In this document: positions 1 through 13,080 of the stretch, piece after piece
How the letters are laid out: the number at the start of each line of letters is the position of its first letter
Numbering within the stretch: position 1 is the stretch's first letter
NCBI GenBank assembly: GCA_011109175.1
Contig: RDEW01000002.1
Coordinates: 810,676 to 874,675, forward strand
Direction: 5' to 3'
Origin: Dicyema japonicum
Lineage: Eukaryota; Animalia; Dicyemida
DNA: 64,000 bases
The notes under the pieces: generated by a model
The model's database searches: none
The model's input: only the letters and a program-made list of their open reading frames with translations
Told to the model about the DNA's origin: nothing
Made by a program: the position numbers and the translations under genes

Positions 1-189
1 ATTAAGATAAAGATTGGAGGTATTGAGATGAAAACGTTGATCCAATACTAATTTATTGAAATAGAAAGCAATCGAGAAGAGTAGTGCCCCAACGAGGAAT
101 CCAGGCCCTAAGATAGGACTCAGTAACACTTACTTTATTGCAACCTTTTTTTTAAATCTTGTTTAATAAAGTTCTTTATTTGAAGAAAA

Positions 190-900
190 ATATGTGATCC
201 CAGCCGACCCTTCAGTATGGTTTGGTGTTCATCCTTTGGCCCACACAGGCGAGGAACTACAAAGTCACAATGTTTCAAACATCCATCCAAATTTTAACCG
301 AATTAAGGTTTTCAAAGTAGTTTGTAACAGTCGTTTTTTTCTAGTATTTTCGAAAGTTATCGCATGGATTTTTGAGATTTGTCGAAGGGGATTTTGGTAT
401 CATTTGCTTTGATATTGATTATACATTTTCGAGTCTTGTCTGAGATGACTTTTCTGGGCTAATCAATAGCCGGTTGTCTTTTCGCGAAGCATTTGGTTCT
501 ATCTTGTTGGGGCGGACTTGATGTCTTTTAAAATGATGTTGCATGATGTCTGCCTCAATGCAGTTATATCCCAAGAAAAGAAAACAAAGATGTGAAGAGC
601 GTTTCTTGATTTTTCCTAATTAATTAGCTATGATATCTGTTCTTTGATTAAAATAAAGTGTGTGTTCTACCTGAGATGAGTGATAGCTGATGTGGCTTTT
701 CGGAAAGTGCATTGTTTTTTCAGTGAATCGGGAAACTCGATATATTCATTGAACGGATAGAAAGGGCAAGTTTGCCTCTTTTGCCTTTCAACAGGTTCCT
801 TCGCAATTAGGTCCAAAGCTAGTAGGTAATTCCCAGTAGATCCTTCCAGTAGACACTAACTATTAATGCGGGTAGCAGGTCTAGAAGAACCCAATTCGCC
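190..900 (-). mobile_element. Degenerate Penelope-like retroelement 3' fragment (possible GIY-YIG endonuclease remnant)
   Basis: Minus-strand frameshifted translation gives '...RQTSCNII...', 'KKRLLQT' and 'PRLCGPKDEHQTIL', resembling the C-terminus of Penelope endonucleases; heavily decayed. Confidence 0.3.
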
Positions 901-1669
901 AGTAGGTTTCAGTAATGTTGGTATCAGATCCAATGTGGAGAGAATTTAAGGTCATTGAGCAAGTAGATCTAAACTTAACCTAATTGGTAAATTCGAACGG
1001 ACAAATTTATTAAACAAAAATTAGGAGTTAGATAAGAGCTGTTTTAATAGTACTGCCTCTATGGCCAGAACACTTCACAAGTCTTGATTGGGTCGAAACA
1101 AACCGATGAACATGGTAGTCGAACAGAGTCCCAGGGGGTCCAAGCAAGCCGTTATAACGGTCAAACCCATTAACCCGGCTAAACCCGTTAGAAGAGCGTT
1201 TAAAAGGCCTATTTTGAATCGTTCAACTGAATGTCCAACTATGAAAGATCACTTTATAGGTACCTTCAACTGAATGTGCAACGATGAAAGATCAACAATA
1301 AAAATTTATTAACAAAAGAGTTAAAGAGTATTAGTAATCAAGCGCAATAATTTTGACATATTAAAACTTCAATTTAGGTAAGTAAATAATTTAATCAATA
1401 AATATTAATGTCTATTCACGGATCAGAAGAAAATTAAAAATGTATTTTTTTCATTTTAGATAATCTCTCAATGTATTTCACTTTTAATTTGATCGCTCTG
1501 AAAATAATTGTGCTGATAGTTGTCTGGAAGAAATGTAAGAGTATTGTATCTCTCGAGGCTGAATTGATTGGTCAATGCAATTATCATTAATAATGATTAT
1601 TACTCATCTAAATTAGAATATTTTATTAACCCAGATAAAATCCCTGAAAATTTCAATGATTAAATTGTG

Positions 1670-2150
1670 TTATACTCTTATCCAATTCGTTGCTTTTATC
1701 GAGCTAAACACTTTTGTCGTGGTCACCAATGAAATCTCCTTTTGAAGAAAATCAACGGAACCTAAGATTTTTAAAATCAGACAAACAGTCCGCTTCCCTG
1801 TGATTTTTTCCAGAAAATCCGTTATTTCAGTTAATTTTGGTTCCTTGTCAATCACTCACTCAGTGTAATAGGGAATAGAGTCCACGTGTCTCTTCAATAT
1901 TTTTTCTGCCGCCGTAGAATACTTACAATATGATTTTTGTCACAATAAAGATTTTGTTTGTTATTATTTTGCACCTGACGAGTTGGGTCATATTTTTTTG
2001 AATCTATAATTATTTAGAACTAATACAGTCACAGTTGTTACATAAATTGTTAAACAGTACTTTGCATAAAAAGGTAAAAAATAACCTGGATGGCGGCATT
2101 TGAACGAGAGAACACAGTTTTTGTCTACAATTAATTTTTCGGCGGCATGG
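1670..2150 (-). pseudogene. Monothiol glutaredoxin-like pseudogene, copy 1
   Basis: Minus strand reads NKIFIVT-KSYCKYSTAAEKIL...IDKEPKLTEITDFLEKITGKRT, then a short GT-AG intron, then VPLIFFK-GDFIGDHDK...LDKSNELDK. This gives the Grx CxxS site, the TVP motif and the FIG motif. Contains stops and frameshifts. Confidence 0.7.
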
Positions 2151-3099
2151 CAGTATGTACAGATTAAAGAGTGTTGGTCAAAGTGAAAAACTTCTTTAAA
2201 TGGAGAACATGTCCTAAATATATACTGTACCCTCTAAAGCTTATACGTGACTCTCCATTGTGGTGACATTGGAAAAAAAAGTTATACTTCCTATTCTTCT
2301 AAAGGGATGGACTTTCAAGAGAGGCCTGAGTAGGAAATAATGTGGATTTTGTGCAATCGCAATATTTTGACCTATTAACTTCAATTTATGACATTAAATA
2401 ATTTAGTTAAGAAAGTAATCCGGTTATTAGAGAAAGGTAGACCGCCGTAACCCTTGCAGTACGGTTGTTCCCTCTCGGAAAATCATTAAAATGTTTCAGT
2501 TCAGATTATCTCTCCAGTTCTCCTTAGCCAAATCCATGGTGAAGATATTCCATTATGAAAACTCTTTTGCTAAAGAAGAATTGATGTCTCGTGAAGGTAG
2601 GACGTGCGATGAAACTGGAAAAGGTTGACCTACTTCTCCGCTTTCTTCTGAAGCGGAAGCCTGTAATGAATATTGGATCGATTTGGTTGCCACAAATAGA
2701 CGTTTTCTCTTGGGTTCCTTCTTGGATTAATTAGTTGTAACTGATGTGATGGGCTTACCAACTTTGTAAGCCTGGGGTTAATAAATAAAATAAAACGAGT
2801 GAGCTGGTATCATTGTTGTTTTCTTTAATCATCAATTTTGCCAGAATGCTTGGAATTCTGTGCATAATTAAAGATAACTGAAATCGAGCTATCTTTTATT
2901 TGGTAGGGAAATAGTCCGACATTGATCTCCAAATAGTCCACAAAAGATATTGCGATAATAAACACTTTATAATAAATGATAACTAATTTTAAGTCAAAAT
3001 AACCTTATTAGAGAGAGAGCTGATAATTAAGAAAAATACCACCAGACTTAGCACTTCCAGAGATCCTTTCTTCTTACTCTTCAAAGCAGATTGACGCAG

Positions 3100-3790
3100 T
3101 TAATCATATTTGACCAGATGGAGTTTTAATCCACCGATGGCTTTCTTATTTTCGAGGTGTTCGCGGATAACATATCTCTTGATTCTATGTCTTAGTGTGC
3201 CAAAGGACACTGACGTCAACTATCCTGGTTCTTCCAAGGGCTCGAACCTAGAAGATTCAGAAGGGGATGCGTTGTTTTCACAACTTCAAATCCGACATTA
3301 TTAATTCTAAGTACTATGCATATGAAATAATTTATTAATTCAAATAGACCTCCATAAACTGTTAAAAATTAACTTATGTTGTACTCCTTTACCAATTCAT
3401 CGCTTTAATGTGACCCAGTTACTCATATTTGACCAGATGGAGTTTTAATCCACCGATGTTTTCTTATTTTCTAGTGTTTCGCGTATAACATATCTCTTGA
3501 GTACATTAGAAGGGAGACGAAAAGAATATGACCCTTTAAGGGGATACAGTATGTGTGGTAAAGCTATGTCTCAGTGTGTCAAAGAAACTGACGTCAACTG
3601 TCCTGGTTCTACATCAGACTCAAACCTGGAAGATTCAAAGGGGATGCGTTGTTTTCAACAACTTGGGGGAATCAATACCGACATTATTAATTCTAAGTAC
3701 TATGCAAATGAAATAATTTATTAATTCAAATGAACCTCCATAAACTGTTAAAAATTAACTTATGTTGTACTCTTTTACCAATTTGTCGCT
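3100..3790. repeat. Imperfect tandem duplication (about 3100-3410 and 3420-3790)
   Basis: Both units start CATATTTGACCAGATGGAGTTTTAATCCACCGATG and end ...CTCCATAAACTGTTAAAAATTAACTTATGTTGTACTC; the first unit has an internal deletion. Confidence 0.9.
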
Positions 3791-4254
3791 TTTATTAGAG
3801 TTGAACAATTTTGTCGTTGTTCGCCAATGAAACTTCCTTTGAAGAAAATCAACGGAACCTAAAAATTTAAAAATCAGGCAAACAGTCCGCTTCCCCGTGA
3901 TTTTTTCCAAAAAATCCGTTATTTCCTTTAATTTTGGTTCCTTGTCAATTACCCACTCAGTGTGTTGGGGGAATAAAGTCTGCGTGACTCTTCAATATTT
4001 TGTACGGCGTTCTTTGAATGCCAGCAATCCGATTTCGTTCACGATAAAGACTTTATTTTCCATTATTTTTGCAGCCGACGACTTTGGTTACATCGTTGTA
4101 ATCTATAATTATTTAGAACTTTACTGTCACAGTTGTTTCCTAAATTATAGAATAGACTGTACTTGGGGAGAAAAAAATTAAAATCAGAAGAATAGTAGCA
4201 ATTGAAACAAGAAATAACACTTTACGGTTTTTTTCAATAAAATAGAATATCATG
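3770..4254 (-). pseudogene. Monothiol glutaredoxin-like pseudogene, copy 2, with hydrophobic N-terminal exon
   Basis: Paralogous to 1670-2150: ENKVFIV-KSDCWHS...EWVIDKEPKLKEITDFLEKITGKRT|intron|VPLIFFKGSFIG. Upstream exon encodes FLVSIATILLILIFF. Frameshifted. Confidence 0.65.
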
Positions 4255-5659
4255 TCAAAATTGTGCTAATGAGAATTTAAAGATTTATAAGAAATTTATA
4301 TTTAAAATTAATGTTTAAATTAAAATCAATTTTAATTTAAATTGGCTTATTTGTAGGATGAATCAATAAAATGTGGACTCATAGTATCCACCTCACTCAG
4401 AAGATGTCAAATGGGCGATATTCAAAAAGATCTCATCATTCCACCGGGAGATTTGTACGCAAATAAAGTCCTTTTGTACCCCAATTTATATTTTTTGAAA
4501 AGAAGGGATGAGTCTTTCAATAGTTGTCTCCTTTGTCTTCAAAATGATAGCTGATGATCATCTGCAAAATTTATATTCCCTCAAGTCGAACATCAAGAAT
4601 TCTTTCAACGGTTAAGGATATCAAAGATCGCTGCCAGAGTAGACTGCGAAATTCTAAGTCTCGTACTGAACCCAACTCAACTAGAGTTGCAGATGTGAAG
4701 CGACAATTCACTCAATCCGAAATTTCAGTCAGCCCACCAGACAGTAGAATACAATAATAGTTAAACTGAAAGTCCGCAGTGCTTTCAATAGCATTCACAG
4801 AGATGGAATCATAGAAAAGCAAATGTTTCCAGGATCCTGAAATTAGCAGGATAGTAAATTTCTTATATGGTTCGCCATATAGACTGATTTTTGTACTGCC
4901 ATAAAAAATACTTAAGATTTCATTTGATGAAAGTGGTTAGATCATATTTGAACTGGCCCTATTCGCTTTCATGTCTTCGGTCAACGCTGTTGCCGATCTT
5001 ATAAGGCAGATCTCATCTCACATAAACAGATCATGTTGAACCAGTAGCATGAGTAGGTCGGGAATTTGGATGTGTCATGTCTTGGATCCTTAAAGAACGC
5101 TGATGAACTACGAGACTGGGATCAACTGTTATGTTCCAAATGAAATAAATCCAGAACTTGATCAACATCTCATTGCATGACTTGCTTCGGCACCAACAAA
5201 CTTAAGTTTTCCCATGGACCTCCCTTAGCGAGCATTGGACGACTCAAAAAGAATATGGGTCTGCATCCACCTCGTAGTAGATGTTTGCGTGGCTCATCAC
5301 TATAGATGCAGAAGGATGGTCGACTCTAAAGGTCTTCACCTCTTCTTCTTCCAATAGACCACTGGAAGGATTCCGAGACGCAGAGCCATCAACTAAGTTA
5401 TTGCGTGAGGACTGGAAGCTAACAGACACTTCTCCTGTTGGAGTCTGTCGAAGTGTCCTCAGCCAACAAACACCTGATGGGACAACTTTCCATGGTAAAG
5501 CGGTAGAAACCTCGCCTGAGACGCCACCCGTGTATGGCCTCTCACCTTTTAATTTTGCAATGACGGCAATTAATCCAGGATATCAGGATTTTTTGGTTGA
5601 GGTGGTGACGTCCCTCTTGAAAAGTATGTCTGAAAAACACGAAAATTGCAACCTAAATG

Positions 5660-6050
5660 ACTTCTCTCTTTTAACTGCATGGAAAAGAAAAGAACTTTAT
5701 GAAGACCTTTCAAAATACAAGATATCAATCGGATGTCTCCAAGAGACAAAAATATCGAAGGAGTTTGAAATCTTATACAAGAGAACAGGAGCTGAGTTAA
5801 TATCATGTGAGATTACTGATTCAAGATGGAGGCTCTTTGGACACATACTCCCCCACGATATTGGGACCCCTGCCAACATAGCAATGGAAGAGTATTTTGT
5901 CTTAGAAGCTTCTCGTTTCCGCGGCCGGCCGAGGACAACACTGCCGGTTATTCTAGATGAAGATCTCAGGATACGCTACGGAACATGGCAACGGATCGAA
6001 AAAGATGGGGGACGTTAATTAGATTGTTAATTTTTCGTGTTGCACATGCT
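5660..6050 (+). mobile_element. Internally deleted RTE-like non-LTR retrotransposon
   Basis: APE endonuclease start (KRKELYEDLSKYKISIGCLQETKI) is joined directly to the RTE C-terminal motif (SRWRLFGHIL...FRGRPRTTL); the RT is absent. Confidence 0.75.
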
Positions 6051-6682
6051 TTGTCATGATCTTGGCATCGCGTACGTGCCTATAATAATAATAATCCAGA
6101 TAAGCTTAAGAAAAGGCCAAGACTCTTAAAAAATACAAGTCTCGATGGATTTTGAGAACAGCCACATTTAGTTGAAAGATAAGTCTAATTTCCTTTGTTA
6201 ATTTTATGTTAAAAATTTATTGACGATTTCCGTCAGATTTTGCTTTTGGCTCACGACATATTATAAAGTCAATTGTCTGAGTAGGTTGGGGGATCTTAGG
6301 AATTAGATAGTGAGGAAACTAGCTATTGAGACAATAAAGTTTCTTTAAAATGTATAACTGATTTTATAAGATGACTATAGTATACGTGAACTTTTTTATG
6401 CTCCATTTCAGTAGAGATCACACAAACTAATAATGTTCCGAGGTTGTGATTATCGGATGCTGACTAGATCATCTGCGTCTTCTAATATCATTTTAATATG
6501 TTTTAGGTTGATTTTCAGTATTGATGACAAAGTTGTTCGTGGCTTCCATCTAAAAGCCCCTGAGTATGATTCCATAATATCGTAAGCAGGTTCGGCATGA
6601 TTTATCCGTATTATGTACCCAAATAATCACCAATAAGTTTTAGTGACAATTGTATCAGGCACTTCGGATTAAAAACTGTGTA

Positions 6683-7599
6683 CAGTCGGACCCCGAATTG
6701 GGGCACCAAGTGCCCCAAAAAGCGGGGGTGCCCCAAAAACAGGGGTTTAATAAAACAGAGATTTTAAACATCAAAAATCAATTTTAGAATAATAATCAGT
6801 TAATTTATCACGATTTATCTTTTTACTTCTTACATTTTTCATAAAATTAAGTCGAAAATCGTTAAATTCTTTGAGCATTTCACGAGATATTTAAAAAATT
6901 TTCTTCTCTAACTGATCAAGAGAATCTTGAATTTTAAAAAACTCATTGATGTAAGTCAAGTCACATGAATTTTTTCTCTACAAATTGATTTGAATTTCAG
7001 TTCATGTCGCTTTTTAAATCTGTCAAGCCACCGTTTAAAGCTTTGAAAGTATCAAATCCAATTTTTGAAGCCGTATATAAGGCAATTTTCTTTATGAAAG
7101 GACCTGATATTGGAACCTTATCTTCACGTAGTTTCTGAAATATTTCAAAAACTTGATCATCGAATCTAGATTTCTCACAATAAGGCATAAGATCCTCATC
7201 CTTGTTCAAGAAAAGGTACAATAGTTTTTTTTATTCTCGAAATCATGCCTTTACTAGTTTTGTATTTTTTATTATCTGTCTTTCAGATAATTTGTTCTTC
7301 AATATCAATTTAGCAATCGTTAATTTTGTTTCGTAGTTAATAACCATTCACAACAAAAATGTAAATAAACGTGTAAATTTTTTTTTTTTTTTAAGAACAA
7401 AATTAAAATTATATATTTATTAATAAAATATAATTTTATTTACTTATAATTTCATTCCCCACAATTTTATAGTGCCCCAAAATTTCCATATTTTTATCGA
7501 TTTTCCATTTTACTCTGCCAAAATGTTGGCCAGAAAAAAAATGCCCCAAAATCGAGGGTGCCCCACCCCTGGGATCTGCCCCAATTCGGGGTCGGACTG
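6683..7599 (-). mobile_element. pogo/Tigger-type DNA transposon, internally deleted
   Basis: 23-bp TIRs CAGTC(G/C)GACCCCGAATTGGGGCA with TA on both sides (6681-6682, 7600-7601). Minus-strand CENP-B-type HTH remnant (FQKLREDKVPISGPFIKKIA...FKALNG). Confidence 0.9.
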
Positions 7600-7968
7600 T
7601 ATAGGTATTTGTTATTGATAAGTACAATTTCTCTAGGGTGAGTTTAGACATTCGTGTAATTGAAGGAAATCACCACCTGATCAATCTAACATTTTTTTCT
7701 ATATAAATCTGTTTAGCAAAGTTTATATTATTATTTAACATCCCAAGACCATGGCAAACAAATTGATTATCACTTGATAACGATGCGTTCCAACAGTGAC
7801 TTCATCTTTGCACACTTGAATATTAATGAAAATATATTTAATTTTTTAAATTATTTAAATTTAAATAAAAATTTAATTAACATTAATAAATAACTTAAAA
7901 AATCATTATTTACATGCTTGAAAATTCTTCAAGTGAGGTTTTAATATTAAATTCATGAGAAATGTGTC

Positions 7969-9038
7969 ATGAAAGACAAAATGAAAAGTCTGGTCCTTGA
8001 ACTTCAGGTACGGCTATAATTACTTTCAGAAATACCTCTGTGACCAAATAGAAAAATTAGAGGACGGAGGAAAGTTTACAGTCGAAGATTGGAACCGCAA
8101 AGTCAACTTTTCCCTACAAAATAGAATGGAGAAGAAACCTTCGGAGAAGGTCGCACGTGTTCGCTGGAGGATGCAAAAGTGATCGAAAGGGCCGGAGTGT
8201 GTGTATCTGCTATGCAAGGAACTCTTTCTGAGTTGGCTATTCAAGGAATGCGGACGAGGTAGTTCTGTGTCGTAAACTTCTCAGAGGCCACGTGGATATT
8301 CCTGATAAGGCAAAGTACTTTGTGACTGGTCTAAGTGTGATTATGCATCCGGTAGTTGATTTTGACCAACTTTAAGCAAAATCCTCACGTTTGTACGATG
8401 CATCTAAATACGCGCTATTTTGAGGTTGAAAAGGCTGATGGAGATATAATCTGGTGGTTTGGCGGAGGCAGTGACCTCACCCCTTACTATAAGGATGAAG
8501 ATCAATTCTCAGTCTTCCATAACGCATTGAAAGAGGCATGTGACCAGCTTTCGCCTTCATTATATCCTCTCTATAAGAAACAGGCAGATGAATACTTCTT
8601 TAACGCCGTGAGAGGTATACCCACGTGGGTTAGACTTAGGCGAACACCGTGGTATTGGTGGAATTTTCTATGATGACTTGAACTCGTACCCTAAAGATGA
8701 TCTGTTTGCTTTCGCAAAGCGTTCAACACTCGCAACTATCGATAGTTACGTTACCCACGTGGGGAAACGGATGGGGACTCCGTTCACTGCGGCGGAACGT
8801 GAGTGGCAGCTTTTTCGACGTGGGAGGTACGTCGAGTTCAACCTTATTTACGACCGTGGCACAAAATTTGGAATCCATAATCCCAATTCATCAATCGATA
8901 CAGTTTTGTTGTCTCTCCCACGTGTTGTGGTAGTCATTTCGGTTATTGTAGACGTGGAAGTATGCCTATAAGCCAGAAAAAGGCTCAACAGAATATGAAA
9001 TGCTTGATATTTTAGTTAAACCTCGTGAATGGGCTTAA
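7969..9038 (+). CDS. CPOX: Oxygen-dependent coproporphyrinogen III oxidase, 7 exons
   Basis: Introns 8008-8029, 8102-8124, 8259-8284, 8352-8376, 8615-8639 and 8930-8951 (22-26 nt, GT-AG) give a continuous frame with [46 protein letters not shown] and PREW. Confidence 0.96.
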
Positions 9039-10099
9039 TTCGTCGTTTCTCTCATCTAATTTTGTTTATTTTGTGTGTTGGTTGTCATAGCAGTAAAAAT
9101 AGGCAAATTCCTTTCATTATAGACAAATGGCTGTAATGAGTTGTGAATGGGTTAATTTGCAATAATTGTCATTAATCAAATAGGCACTTTCATTAGTTTT
9201 AAGTTCACTCCGCGTTACCCATAAGAATGTAAATACTCAGGGTTCCGCTTGTGCCGTTTTTCACAGTCCGTTCTACCGTTTTTATCCATGAAACATTCCT
9301 CTTCGCAGGTCTCCGCAGTTCATTGAGGTCGTCCTCAGTCCTCTGACATTGAAGTTGGTGTTGTAAACTGGGTAGAATAGAGAGACTGAGAGTACGTTAA
9401 AGACAGACATTATTGAATACGCTCAACCAACAAAAAATCACAAAATTTCGCTAATTAAATTGGATAGATGTATAATAGTGTCACAATGACTCCTAAAGCA
9501 TACAGTCTGTGATGTGTCAAGCATTTTCTAAAGTCGGTGAATTATGAAACTAAGGTCCAATTTGTTGAGTATTTTCTAATACATTCCATCCCCCATTTTC
9601 AAAATGCCGCTATTTAATCAATCACAAGTTAATTAATAGTTAGCGACTAATTAAATGTTTTCAATTCTTCTGGTGGCTGAAGCGGGGATACACTAATAAT
9701 ACACAAGTCTATCCAAAACCAATGGATAGAGAAGTAAATATCTAGTTCTTGCAGTTGTGGTAATCTTTAATGGGGGACAGAAGCTTCCAAACCCTTTATA
9801 CGCCATCCTGGGATTGAGTGTCACTTTATACAGATTGGGTACATAAGCCAGTAAACTTTTTCCCGCATAATTTGTTATCATTACCCAAGGTAATCACGGA
9901 GTTAAAAGGAAAGAAAATTCATAACTACCGTAACGGAGAAGGTCTATCAAACGTGGAAGATAATTTTGGATGGCTCTCCAGAAAGGTATAATTTTTTATA
10001 GTTTATTCCTCAACATAATGGATTCATGGTATTCGATTGCCCATTGAGATAATGAACTATAAATGGAAATTTTGACGAAAATTAGAGTTTGACAAAATT

Positions 10100-13080
10100 A
10101 AAAACATTTATTTATAACAATAAAATCGTTCTAAAGTCCAGCGGATATGATCGAGTGGCTGTTACCTCTGACTACTGCCAGGGATATCCTTTGGAAAAGC
10201 CACTCGGTTTCCCGACGCTCCCTCGAGGCTTTGGTCAATAGACACCCAAGTGCTCTAAGGAAAAAGACCGTCTTGGGGCCAAAGACTCCGCTCGTCTCGA
10301 CGACCACTGGCTGTACATGGAAACGGTTTAGGAGGCTGCTGTATTTCTTTATTTTTGAGTTTTCATATAAACGGGCGGCCTCTCCCGCTTTCATGCCGAC
10401 CTCAAAAGTTTCGACTGGGAAAAGCTGTCAGTACAGGCAGCATCCCAAATTAAGCATTTGCCCCGAGAGAAGGGGAAGACAGTAATTCCATCGGGTCGCT
10501 TCCCATCATCCCTACTCAAGCCCGTTGGCTCTAGAATGGATGGGTATCCCGCCAACTCGAGGGCGCGCTTCACCACTTCATTTATAGCCTTGTGTCTAGC
10601 GAATCGACCTGCGCTTTTTCGACAAGAAAGGGCATGATGTCCATAGCAGTCGACCTTCCGGCCGCATCGGCACTCATGGGGTTGACAAACTTTCAATCCA
10701 AGTCTGATGGAGACTCCGGTGCGGACCGTTTCATCGTCTAGGTGAGTTCCCACGTTTCCAATGGGTAGGGCATTGATCCAAGCCCCGCTCCACTCGCATC
10801 TTGCAGTTAAAAGACAGGCTCGTCGGTGTTGGTTAGATATTTTCAAAAGCCTCTCGTATTTATCCTCGCAAACAGACTCATAAAGGTCTCTCTGCCCGAG
10901 TTGTTTGACTTTAGGGTGTACCAAATCTTCGATCTTTGACGACTCTGATGGGAGCTGGAGAATCATCATGATCAAATTCTGATTGGAGTCCAATGAGGAT
11001 TGATATGCCGGGTGTGCTAAATCAGATGGTGAGAGAATTCCGAGTCCACCAAAGCGAACGGGCAAGGTTGCTTGTTCCCATCCTTGTTCGTCGAATTCGA
11101 CATTAGTAATACGTTCGGTCGTAGACCGGAATAGGGAGTCAATCGCCCCGAGTTGTTGCATTTTCAGGTAACATGGAGCTCCTCGAAGGACGTAATTTAA
11201 TTTCTGCGTGGATAAAGCGTTTTTCATGAGAAAAAGAGAGGTATGTGCATCCAGCATCCCAAGGCGTAAAAAAGTTTTTCTTAGTTGCTGTTCTTTAGCC
11301 AACAGAGTGTCGTTAATTCCAGTTTCAGCCAGAGGGCATCCAAGTATTTCCAAATGATCCGGCTCGATTTCCGATATTTTAGGAATAATCCCCCGAAACA
11401 TTAATAGGATCCGATTCCATTCATATCGGGAGAATCCATAATTAACAATTTCGCATTTGGATGCGTTTAGCTTTAAACCAAGCGTATCCAATTGGGTTAG
11501 TAATCTCTGTAGACAGTCATATACATTGTTAGGATGACCTCCCAGGGTGCAATCATCCAAATACCACACGTTCAGCGGAGTAGTAAGGCATCTCATGACA
11601 CGGTCGACACCGAGGCAGAACAATGCCGGTCCTAGTGGGTCTCCTTGCTGAACTCCACACGACGAGGGAATGAAGTATTTCCCATGTACAAGACTGGACG
11701 GTTTTCCATACGAACAATGAACATAATTATATATAGACGGGTAATGGGTAAGACAATCTTCCAAAATTACATCGCGCCGTATGGTATTGAAGGCGTTTTT
11801 TATGTCAATCTTGAGGACCACACAAGGCATGTTCGTTCTGTTTCCAGTAAACATCCGAACGGCATGAACCGCCGCCTCACATCCACCAGGAGTACCGACC
11901 CCTACTTGGGTTGGTCGCAGTTGTTTGACAAGCATCGGAAGGATTGCTCTGCTAGCAAGTTTAGAAGCCAGTCGACGAAAAACAAACCCAACAGCAATAG
12001 GACGAATTCCTCCTCCACATTTATCAAAGGCAATTAACTTGGCGGAAAACATAATATGACGGATTGCTTCTGGTAATCTTCCGGAAAGCATTCTGTTGAT
12101 TAACCTCGTTATAGCCGATAATAGCCGAACACCAGAGTTCCCCGTATTCTGATCAATTAAGTCTTTTAGGTGTCCTGGACGGAGTCCGTCAAGTCCCCAC
12201 TGCTGCTTGGGGCGAATGAGAGGATCGCATCTTTCACGTCCCCCTCAGAAATAATCAGACTAGGTAATTCTCCAGAGCAAGTAGGGATCTGTCGTCCACT
12301 GGCGGACCAGGATGTCGTTCAACCAGTGCATCGTAGGAGTGTTCAGTTGGCTCAATTAGACGGTTATGCTCTTCTAGAGTCCTCACGGCGGCCCGGACTC
12401 CACCTTCAGATAGTTTGCGATGTATCGCTCTTCCAATCTTTGTGTTTCTGAGGCATGGTTCTCGTGGTTTGAGGGCTTGAAGGTATATTCTCGGGAGTCA
12501 CTGAACAAATTTCCAGAAGAAAACAAGCAAATATTTTCCTTTACAATAGACGTGAGCGATTCCTGATCATTCCTCTTCTGAAAGGGCATACATAGCGTGT
12601 ATGGTGCAAAGTAGAATAATCGTGTCCAATCACTGGGTCAGTCGAAGAAATTGCCCTTTCAATACAATCGTGTAAACAGTCGGCGGCAGGAACACGGGCA
12701 GCTTTTGGAATTTTGATCATGATCATTCGTGTAGATGCCAGGTTTGCAATTGATTCAAGGGTTTTCTGGTAATCTATTGGTATTCGTTCAGGTGAATTAG
12801 GTGGAGTCGATAGGGCTTTCGTCCCAGGAAGGAGGCATGCCTGGCAACATCAGTTGGTAATGGTGGTAAGGGCTTTTTTGGTCATTCCAACACATGACAT
12901 GTGAAAAACCGACGAACAAACGACACAACATATAAGCCGCTTTCTTTTGTTAATTTTATTGCAAAATTCACAAAGCTCTTCTCTTTTGTCGATCTTGTGC
13001 ATATCGCTTCTGGTTACTTCTTTCTCAATTACACCACACCACCACAACAGACAAAATATTATCAAAACTAGGAAATTTTT
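10100..13080 (-). mobile_element. CRE-clade non-LTR retrotransposon (PHD-like finger, RT, restriction-like endonuclease), frameshifted
   Basis: RT motifs GGIRPIAVG, GVQQGDPLGPALF, YLDD; CRCG...HALSC zinc knuckle; RHKAIN, RPDG and PVVVETSG RLE motifs; Cys-rich CEFC...CVVCSSVFHMSCVG segment at 12850-13065. Confidence 0.9.

Noticed and set aside
9690-9995. Possible small GTPase remnant (FLQLW...FQTL; GEGL...WLS)
   Set aside because: No P-loop or DxxG visible; too decayed to support.
10147-12451. Plus-strand ORFs 10147-10485, 11645-12037 and 12170-12451 and similar track ORFs opposite OGT and PCCB
   Set aside because: They are antisense shadows of real coding sequence with no independent evidence.
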